From Octopus sinensis (lineage: Eukaryota): a stretch of DNA of 64,000 bases. Shown here piece after piece: positions 39,517-49,893 of the stretch. The stretch covers positions 35,154,001-35,218,000 of the forward strand of contig NC_043013.1 in assembly GCF_006345805.1 (NCBI RefSeq). The letters run 5' to 3'. The notes beneath the pieces were generated by a model. The model was not told where the DNA came from, did no database searches, and saw only the letters and a program-made list of their open reading frames with translations. The position numbers were made by a program, and so were the translations under genes. How positions within the stretch are numbered: position 1 is the stretch's first letter; every line of letters begins with the position of its first letter.

Positions 39517-39776
39517 CTGAAGAAGCCAAAGATAATGTTCCTCTAATCCTGATTTCCAACTAACTTCTTGATTATTATCCATAACATGTTGAAGCAGCAG
39601 CAGCAGCAGCTACAACAGCAACAACATTAGCAGTCATGGCAGAATTAGTATTAGTGAATGTTGTCGTTGTTCTTGATGCTGATGATGTTGTTGTTGTTGT
39701 TGTTATGGAGGTGACAGTGTTTGTGGTGATGGTGGTGACTCTACGAACAGTCTTTCTCCACCAACCAACCAACCAC

Positions 39777-39826
39777 CCTGGTGTCTCTACATCTTCAGCA
39801 AATGTATTATCTTCGATTAGATCCAT
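39777..39826 (-). CDS. Candidate first coding exon (MDLIEDNTFAEDVETPG)
   Basis: ATG at 39826 preceded by an in-frame stop; weak donor GG|GTGGTT gives phase 2, matching the next exon. Confidence 0.28.
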
Positions 39827-42784
39827 TGAGAATTATTGTATCTTCCTTAAGCATCTAACTTGTCCGTTACAAGCAACAAAGAATCCTTATTAGAACCATG
39901 CGCTATTTATAATGAAACAAATTGATGCAGACTGTCGCAACTCATTAGAAATTCTATGGTCAAGCAATCGTAATATGTTTGGTGTCAGTCTTTTCACATT
40001 GTTATTGTCAACCTCTCAGGCTGTTTTTATATATTTGCACACCGACTGTCATTAGTTTTATGCTGTCAACTAATTAACATCGCGCATTTTGATTCACCGT
40101 TATAGTTTGAGTAATGAGCAATTGATTAATTTTCAAATCATATATCTGATTTACAGCTATTACTTTACCAATGATCATCTAATTAAATGCAAATGTCAGA
40201 AGCTTGGTCATCAGTAAGGTAGATTAACTAATTGTTGTCACTTGCATTTTCTTCCTTCCCTTTTCTTTCTGGCAGCTGTTAGTTTAGTAATGGCTAACTA
40301 ATTAATACACCATGCATAATACCTTGTTATTCGTAAAGTTATTGTCAACTATACAACATTAACATCTGTTTCATAGGTATAAGTTTTGTTCTTCACTGCA
40401 TTTTCAGTCAATGGTTTGCTATTGGTTAACAGATATTGTGTGTCTAAGTTATAGATTAATAGTAGTTAATTAATTAATACTTTCTTCACAGTTATTAGTT
40501 TAAAATTGTCTAAATAATTAACATTTCATACACCATTTAATGATATCTTTACATTCTTCCTGGCAGCTGTTAGTTTAATTAATTGGCTAACTAATTAATT
40601 CTTCCTAATTTTGGCACAAGACCAGCAATTTTGAGGAGACAAGGAAGTCAATTGCATTGGTCCTGGTATTCAACTGGTACTTACTGTGTCAGCCCCAAAA
40701 TGCAATGATGGACTTTGGAGACATTTGAACACAGAACTTAAAGAGCTAGAAAAAATGCCGCTAAACATTCTGTTCAACATGGTTACTGAATTTTCGAGTA
40801 TACAAGTTGACATCATATGCAGTGTAATTATTTATTGTAAAGATTCAAATATTATCACTATTTTCCTAAATCCTGAAGTATTTCAAATGGAATGCTTGGC
40901 TCCCTGAAGTCACCATGGTGTGACAGTCAATCTACCTTCTTTGGTTCTAAATTTTAGACTGAAAAGTTTGACTGGTATACCAGAAAATATGGTACTGTCG
41001 ACTATATAGCATTAACACCCTTTTTCACTGTGAAGTTGCATGGCTTAGTGGTTTGGGTATTCAGCTCCCAATCATAAGGTCATGAGTTCAGTTTCTGGTG
41101 GCACATTTTATCCTTGAACAAGACACTTTATTTCACACTTCTCCAGTTTACTCAGTTGACGAAAATGAGCAGTACCTATTTCAAAGGGCCAGCCTTGTCA
41201 CATTTTGTTTCATACTGAATCTCCCTGAGATCTACATTAAAGGCACCCACGTCTGTGGAGTACTTAGCCACTTGAACATTAATTTCACAAACAGGCTGTT
41301 CCATTGATCAGATCAACTGGAACCCACAATGTCATAACCAATGGAATGCCAGAACATCCATTTCATAGGTGAAAGAAGTTGGTCTTGATATCATTTTTGT
41401 CATTGGTTTTAATATATTTATTAATATCTTACAGCTTAATAGTTAATTAACTAATACCTTGTTCACAGTCATTAGTTTTAAAAATTGTTCAAATAATTAA
41501 CATTTCGCATATTATTTAAAGACTTCTTGTTCTATGCCATAGCGGTCACTTCATGCATAAACGTTGAATTAATAATGTTCATTTGTATACGGACTGCATT
41601 TATAAATGGCCATCATTTTAGTAATGTTTAGCTGTCCTATACCTTATTCACAGCAAGTTTCCCAAACCTTATTTATACTCAATGTCAGTAGTACTCAAAT
41701 GTAATATGGCCCTTATCCGGTCGAGTAGGACTTAACAGCCTTACACCTGAACTAAAACCACTCAATGCCATCTCTCTCGTTCCATCTGGCACAACGCTAC
41801 CTCCCTCAATACTGCATCCCCATTCTGTGAAGGAATCTTGTTTTGCATGTTATTTGGTGACCCCACTAGCACTAATGGCATGAAAAAAAGCACCCAGTAC
41901 ATTCTGTAAATTGATCAGCATTAAGAAGGGCACCCAGTCATAGAAATCTGGCCAAAGTAAACAGTTGAGGCCAACACTGCTCCCAGGCCACCCTTATCAA
42001 AGAAGCCTACCCATATCAGCATGCAAAATGGACGTTAAGGAATAACAACAATGTTGAGTTTGGTATTGATCATATTCCCAATATCACATTCAATTATTAG
42101 TTTAATGATGATCAAATGTCTCACTTCTTGTTTTATTATTCACAATTGTCAGTACAAATATGGTCAATTATTTCAATTGGCCAAATTTTGGTCTTATGGC
42201 ATCAGTCAACTCAACACAAAGGTTGAAAATAACTGGCTAAAGTTCCACATGCAAATCAAACCCATAACCATATTCATTTAGAAGTAGTTAATTATCGTAG
42301 TTAAGTGATGGTTAGATGTTTATTTAATACCATAATTTATTAATAAAAACTCCATTGGTCTTCTCTGTCTACTTTGGCAAAGTCTCTATGACTGGGTGCC
42401 CGCCCTTCTTAAAGTTGACAAAGTTAGTTACTGTTGCATGCATCATTTGATAAATGAGGTGGGAATACAGTAAGTTTCAGATATGCAATGATAATGAAGT
42501 TACTATTTTTCTGACTAAATTATCTTATTTTATTTTAAAGAATTACCTGTCAAATGTCTGTTGGAGTGAGAGCATAAACAGGTGTTATCTGTGGCAGAAC
42601 AGACAATTTTTTACATTTCACAATTCATTAAGGTAAACATGTATTTGTATTTATACAACTACAATTTGGTGAGTTTTGCCTGGCATAGTGAGGTTTAAAT
42701 ATCGAGGGATTAAATCAGGCAAACCTGTGGATAAATTCATGGGTTCAACTTGTTCAGTTTGTTCTGTTTTATTATATTTGTGAT

Positions 42785-43170
42785 TGTGGAGGCGCAATGG
42801 CCCAGTGGTTAGGGCAGCGGACTCGCGGTCATAGGATCGCGGTTTCAATTCCCAGACCGGGCGTTGTGAGTGTTTATTGAGCGAAAACACCTAAAGCTCC
42901 ACGAGGCTCCGGCAGGGGATGGTGGTGATCCCTGCTGTACTCTTTCACCACAACTTTCTCTCACTCTTACTTCCTATTTCTGTTGTACCTGTATTTCAAA
43001 GGGCCGGCCTTGTCACTCTCTGTGTCACGCTGAATATCCCCGAGAACTACGTTAAGGGTACACGTGTCTGTGGAGTGCTCAGCCACTTACACGATAATTT
43101 CATGAGCAGGCTGTTCCGTTGATTCGGATCAACCGGAACCCTCGTCGTCGTAACTGATGGAGTGCTCCCA
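42785..43170 (+). mobile_element. Full-length, little-diverged SINE family C
   Basis: A box TGGCCCAGTGG, B box GGTTTCAATTCC, CpG-rich body, 3' end ggaaccctcgtcgtcgtaactgatggagtgc. Confidence 0.88.
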
Positions 43171-44740
43171 TCCAGTTGCATTAGCCATAAATTTTACTTT
43201 TCTTGATCTTTCTTGAAGTTTGCTGGATTTTAGTTAAACATCTGTCTTTTGGAAGATAGTGCTAATAACCTTAAGGAAATGTTATTTAAAATATCTATAA
43301 AACAGTTTTGATGATTGAGTTATTTATACATGTATTGTAGCTTTATATAGGTTTCTTTTTTTTTATAGAGGATGTATAAAGAAATATTTATTCAGAAAAT
43401 GACATCTAAGAAGTGAACTCTCTTTTGATGGACCTCAACTTTGATGGATGAGGCAAGGTTTTGAAAAAATGTATGAAGGGATATCGCACATTTTCATGTC
43501 TGTTTTCTTATTTTTTTTACCTGCTTTCCGAACTTCTTATAAATGTTGATTTATTACACACTAATTAGTAACTATCTCTGGAATTTCGTACCAGCACCCA
43601 CCGCCCTGTAACTATGCTTCCTAGTGTAAAACTATCCATTACCCCATCCTCTTTAACCCCCCACATACCACCATCTCAAACTGAATATTGACCACTGCCA
43701 TGCATATATGCTATCACCTATCTCCATCTGTAGCCTTTTTCACTTTAATCAATCTCGTCCTTCCCATAATAACAGAAAATATACCAAAACCTTATTGTCA
43801 ATACAGATTCCACTGTTTGAATAAATCCCCACCAGTGAAATAACAAAGCCACTGTCAGCAAAATTATAACACACACACATCCACATACACAGTAAGCTTT
43901 AACAGTGATCACCATTTTCGGTGAATCAGTAATGACCAAGATTTAACAATAATGGTTCCAAATTTTGACACAAGGCCAGCAATTTTAGGGGAAGGGTTAA
44001 GTCAATTACATCAACCCCAGTGATCAACTGGTACTTATTTTATCAACCCTGAACAAATTAAAGGCAAGATGACCTCAGTGGAATTTGAACTCTGAATGTA
44101 AAGACAAATGAAATGCTGTTAAGCATTTTGCCTACCATGCTAATAATGGTTCTGCCAACTCACCACCTCCCAAGATTTAACAATAATAAGAACCATTCTT
44201 CACATATGAGAAGCAAATTGCTCAAACTGGTTGTGTATTAAGTTAACAGCTCATACTTCATGACTTCAATACACTGCAGATGTTTTAACATCTTTGTAGG
44301 CAGATATTTTTTATTTCACACTGGTTTAAATTACCTATTGTTGAAAATTGATACAAGATCATATGAGTATTACTACTTGTGACAGATTAGATTCTTGAAG
44401 CAATTTATCTGATATCTATGTAACATCAAGGAACAGGAATTAATCATTTGCTCTTAAAAGACTTTAGAAAACTTTATATTTACTTTATTGCAAGTATTAA
44501 AAATGATCTTTTTAATTAGTCTGAGCATAATTAAGAGGAGGCACTTTAATTTATTTTTAAAACCTTCCTTTCTTCCTTCTTTCATTTCTTCCTTGAGTGA
44601 AGAATGCACATCCTGTAACAGGATAATCTCAGGCTAAATAACAAGGCCAATCCTCAGGTGAGCTGTTTTGCTAATTAGCCGTTGTATTTTCAGCCTGTTC
44701 AGTCTTAGTAAACAATCTGAAATGGAAAAGATTCTAATTT

Positions 44741-44933
44741 CTCTGACTTGTCAATGACAGAGGCTCTGCCACTCTGGCTTGTCAATGACAGCGGCTCCGT
44801 CACTCTGACTTGTCAATGACAGAGGATCTGCCACTCTGACTTGTTAATGATAGAGGATCTGCCACTCTGACTTGGCAATGACAGACTCTGTCACACTGAT
44901 TTGTCAATGACAAACTCTGACATGTTAATGACA
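44741..44933. repeat. 31-bp minisatellite (ctctgacttgtcaatgacagaggatctgcca), four good and three decayed units
   Basis: Units start at 44741, 44772, 44803, 44834 and 44865; each contains the dyad TGTCA-A-TGACA or a variant of it. Confidence 0.9.
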
Positions 44934-46589
44934 TATTACATGAAATCTGAAGCCGTCAGTGATGACTTAATGTCAGGGGCAAAAATAAAGTTCAAATTAT
45001 AAATAACTTAATGAGTTAATATTCATTTTGAACAACTGCACTTTTGAACCAGAAAGGAAAATATACGTGGAGCATTAAGTCTCAAACTGTACAGTTTTGA
45101 GAGGTAGTAGTTTGAGGGAGGGTTCACTTTGAGTTATGTAGTGTGAAGCAGCAACAGCAGTGAGGATGAAAGAAGCTACATTTGCATTGAATATGTTTGA
45201 ACAGGAAGAGAAAATCAGAAAAGCAAAGAAATTTGAAACAGTCAGTAGAAAAAAAAAACTACAAGCAGAAATACATGTCAACAATCAAGTATAGGTTATA
45301 ATGTTGATAAGTAAAGGCTGTTTTATTGCCCAGATCTAAGAGCAATGGTTCTAAATTTAGGAGAAGTGCTCTAGTACACAGCGTACTTAAGCTACACAAG
45401 CAGTAAACAAATGCACAACGCTGATGTTTTTACAAGCTCTGAAATAAAAACTAATATTTTTTATGCAGTTGTAGCTTTATCAATAAATATATCCTCTATA
45501 GCAGTTGTCATGCAAGGAATATTTACTTTGGCTGTTCTTCAAAAATGAGAGTAAGGACGAATCAAAAATTGCAAGCTTGTTTTCTTGGCTAATGCATTGT
45601 CAGCATATGGTAAATGAGCCTCTTTGCAAAAACTTAAGAAATCTGAAAAAGGTTGGTCAGTTTGAGAAACTTCTGGAATTATTTATAATCTCATATATAG
45701 AAGTTTTCTCCTATTGAATATTTAAAAAAAATGCAAGGGAAATCTATGACAGATGAGTCATTGAATAGGCAAGAAACTTGAGAATTATGTGGGAGATAAA
45801 CCAAAATATTGACACATTCAGGCATTCATGCAATAAGAGATGTTATCATAACCTTATAACCAGGATTCAAAATTATACTACACTGTAACTTGAGATCACA
45901 TTCACAAAACCTAATCACAGATTTAACTTATCTCATCTCTGATATCAAAACTAAGCCTATATCATTGTACAGTGTATTTTGTAGGAAGGGGACCCTGTGA
46001 AAAAAAAAAACAGAAAGAATTTATTTCACAAAAAATATCTATTGCATATATTAGGTGTTGAAGGGGACATTGTCTGTTCTAGGTTTATTGATAGTGTTTA
46101 AGGGTTTGCTGAACAGAATCATTCTTACTGTAAATAAATGGTACACTGTGGGAGGTGCTGGATTCATTGTAACACAAAAACAGTCAAAATAATCATACAC
46201 ACACACACACACACACACTCACACACACAGTATACTCTGCTAGGCAGTTGGTGTCAGGAAGGGCATCCAGCTGGAAAAACCATACCAAAACAGACAGAGG
46301 AGTTTTGTGCAGGTTCCTGCATATATATATATATATATATAATATATATATATTCATAATTATATACATAAGCGATTGGCTATAATTATTAAAATATTTG
46401 TAAAATTTACCTATAAGGTTTTATTTCTGCACTGATTTTTACCCTTTATCATAATTAACATATATATATATAATTAATATATATATCATACTTAATATAT
46501 ATTTATATAGTTAATATATAAAAAACAAATATATATATGATGCCCCAGCATGTCCGCGGCTTTCGGGCTGAAACATTTTAAAGGATTTT

Positions 46590-47130
46590 AAGGATTTATA
46601 CATACCCCCACCCTCAACCTAACCCACATCCCTCCCTTGCTTTCCCCACACCTGCCTCCCCAACATCCCAACGCCACCATGCCATACACCACCATACCAC
46701 ACAACACCACAAAACATCAAATCACCATGCACACACTAGCACTGACCACTTCCCAGCCCCTCACCATCATCCACCCACCTACACATACATGCATGCACAC
46801 TTCAAGGTCACCAGCCCTTTTCCACATGCACATACATGCTCTCTTATACACATGCACAAACACCTTCGTTTTGGGATCACCACTATTTTATTATCTCCCC
46901 TTCTTTCTAGCTCTCCTGTGTGATCCCTCTGTCTAGCATGTGCCATGATAGATCGCTAGCCACTACATATTCTTTATTTTCTCTCCTTGCTTCTTTCAGT
47001 GTTCCTTTCTGTGGAAGAGCATAGGATTGAAACGTTAAAGAATTTTTCAGTTCCTGAGTGTTAAACTAATACATCTGTTTGTTGTCTACACCACCTGTCT
47101 TTGTCTTTTGTTTTATGTGAATTCTCCCTC
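46590..47130 (+). mobile_element. Penelope-like 3' end/pLTR with degenerate hammerhead motif at 47005-47040
   Basis: cttt CTGTGGA A GAGC ATAG GATT GAAAC GTT aaag; homologous to 7500-7690(-); ends in a (TA)n tract. Confidence 0.5.
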
Positions 47131-47132
47131 CC

Positions 47133-47155
47133 CTATATATATATATATATATATC

Positions 47156-47188
<33 letters not shown>

Positions 47189-47202
47189 ATATATATATAT
47201 AC

Positions 47203-47250
<48 letters not shown>

Positions 47251-47264
47251 ATATACATATATAT

Positions 47265-47304
<40 letters not shown>

Positions 47305-47396
47305 CATACATATATATTATATATATATATATATTATATATATATATATATATACATACATATACATATATTATATATATACATTATATATATATA

Positions 47397-47445
<49 letters not shown>

Positions 47446-47476
47446 TACATATATATACATATACATATATATATAT
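47133..47476. repeat. Long (TA)n tract
   Basis: Direct reading. Confidence 0.95.
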
Positions 47477-47552
47477 GTGTGTGTCTTACGGAGATGCATA
47501 GCAAGTGACCTGATCTGAGATCATGTGCTGGAACAAAAACAATTGCAGCGTA

Positions 47553-47795
47553 GAAGGTGTTATAAGCCATTTAAGAAACACACAAAAACCGTTAGATTCA
47601 CTTCAACATTTAAATTTAATTTGTCAAAATATTTTCATTGCTTGGAGACCACGATCTGTTCACTGACAAAATTCCATGCTTCAGTGAACAGGTCACGGTC
47701 TCAAAGCGATGAAAATATTTTGGCAAATCAAATTTAAATGTTGAAGTGAATCTAACGGTTTTTGTGTGTTTCTTAAATGGCTTATAATCACCTTC
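47553..47795. repeat. Fold-back element: ~114-bp inverted arms with a 14-nt loop
   Basis: Arms 47553-47666 and 47681-47795; the 56-bp block 47562-47617 is exactly complementary; the plus and minus ORFs share YKPFKKHTKTVRFTSTFKF. Confidence 0.93.
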
Positions 47796-47923
47796 CACAC
47801 TGCTGTTGTTTATGTTTATATATATATATATATATTACAACAAAATTTTATATCTTGGATGTATTCCTTGAGTTCTGAGCATTTCCTCATGTCTGTAACA
47901 TAGATATTTTAAATGTTGCATTT

Positions 47924-47992
47924 ATATAGAGTCTGATGAGCTGTCCACAAGGTTTTGGCTTTGTGGATGAGCAACCTTGGGTAACTCTATGT
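47924..47992 (+). ncRNA. Type I hammerhead ribozyme (probably inactivated copy)
   Basis: Helix I atagagt(47926-32)/actctat(47984-90); CTGATGA at 47933-39; 13-bp helix II with one bulge; helix III ACC/GGT; GUA site at 47981-83; the GAAA strand is reduced to AA. Confidence 0.7.
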
Positions 47993-48343
47993 CCAAGACA
48001 CAACATTTTTGTTGCAATAATTACTACTCTATTCTTTTGAGTGTGCTTTTCTCTCATATATGTATTTTTTATATTAATTATATATACTCTTTTACATTTT
48101 AATTTGTTTCAGCCATTTGACTGCCGCCAAGCTGAAGCACCGCCTTTAGTCAAACAAATCAACCCCAAGACTTATACTTTGTAAGCCTAGTACTAATTCT
48201 ATCAGTTTCTTTTGCCAAGCCACTAAGTTACAGGGACATAAACACACCAACATTGGTTGTCAAGCGACAGTGGTGGGGACAAACACAGATAAACCAACAT
48301 ATACATATATATACATACATATATATATATATATATAATATAT

Positions 48344-48387
<44 letters not shown>

Positions 48388-48602
48388 CATATATATATAC
48401 ATATACATGGCGTTAGGAAGGGCATCCAGCCGTAGAAACACTGCCAGATTTGACTGGGCCTGATGAAGCCTTCTGGCTTCACAGACCCCAGTAGAACCGT
48501 CCAACCCATGCTAGCATGGAAAACGGACGCTAAATGATGATGATACATATACATATACATATACATTATATATTTACACACACACACACATATATATATA
48601 TA

Positions 48603-48638
<36 letters not shown>

Positions 48639-48951
48639 ACAGGCTTCTTTCAGTTTCAGTCTACAAAATCCACTCACAAGGCATTGGTCAGCTCGAGGCT
48701 ATAGTAGAAGACACTTGCCCAAGGTGCCTTGCAGTGGGACTGAACCCGGAACCATGTGGTCAGTAATCAAGCTTCTTACCACACAGCCATGCCTCACCCA
48801 CTACACTCTCGGAGTGGTTGATGTTAGGAAGGGCGTCCAGCCGTCGAAACACTGCCAGTCTGATCTGGCAGCCTCTTGGCTTCCCAGACTCCCAGTCGAA
48901 CTGTCCAACCCATGCCAGCATGGAAAACGAAGATGATGATGATAATGATCA

Positions 48952-48985
<34 letters not shown>

Positions 48986-49499
48986 AAAAGGATCAAAAGT
49001 CCTTTCCAAGCCATTGGCTCACAGAGCCAGTTTTCAAAAGTCTGTGGAATATATGTTTCACCACTATCCAAACGATCATCAGTCTGTCACAGGATCAGTT
49101 TCTTTTGCCAGCTGAGCAGGTTGGTGTAATGAGAAATGAAGTGCTTTGCTCAAGAACACAATGCATTGCCCAGTCCAGGAATCGAACCCACATTCTTATG
49201 AATATGAGTGCAACACCCTAACCACAAAACCACAGGTCTCCACTGTATATGTATGTATGTGTGTATGCTTGTGTGTATGCATGTTCAGCATGGAATTAAA
49301 TTGTCCAAGTATTTATAACAAAGTTTAAGATTTATCCAATGTTATTGGTAATGGGATGTCAAATAAACAGCAAAACTAACAGTGTCAAGAATATTATTCC
49401 ATTATAGTTTCATCCCTCAAATTATTCAAGAAAAGGACTGGAAAATTAACACAATAGTGTAGATATCCTGTTAAATATAAGCTCTGTGAAATTGTGGGA

Positions 49500-49845
49500 G
49501 GGATGGATTCACTGAAGCTCCGGCGTCTGGCGACGGACTTGGTAAACACCCACAAAGTTATCAACCACCTCACCAACAACAACACTGAACACCTTTTTGA
49601 TCTCCATGTGTCTGACACACGTGGACATGCCTACAAAGTCAGAAAACAACACAGCTCCCATGACTTTCGGAAACATTTTTTCACACTCAGAGTTGCTGAA
49701 GCATGGAATAAACTGCCTGCGTCAGTTGTTGACTGCCATGACACTGCATCCTTTAAGGCCCTCATGCTTTCCGAAATCCGCCGAAACTACACCTGATTAT
49801 ATATACACTTTAGATGAGTTGTAGTGCACCTGAGCACTGTACACA

Positions 49846-49892
<47 letters not shown>
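49500..49892 (+). mobile_element. CR1/L2-clade LINE 3' end with (ATT)n tail
   Basis: SLKLRRLATDL...TRGHAYKVRKQ...RKHFFTLRVAEAWNKLPASVV...FK is the typical CR1 ORF2 C-terminus; short UTR; ATT run at 49846-49892. Confidence 0.88.

Positions 49893-49893
<1 letters not shown>

Noticed and set aside
42785-42860. tRNA-like sequences (also at 1777, 3814, 15929)
   Set aside because: A/B boxes are present but run into SINE bodies, with no complete cloverleaf.
44741-44933. CRISPR-like array
   Set aside because: Units are contiguous with no unique spacers, there are no cas genes, and the context is eukaryotic.
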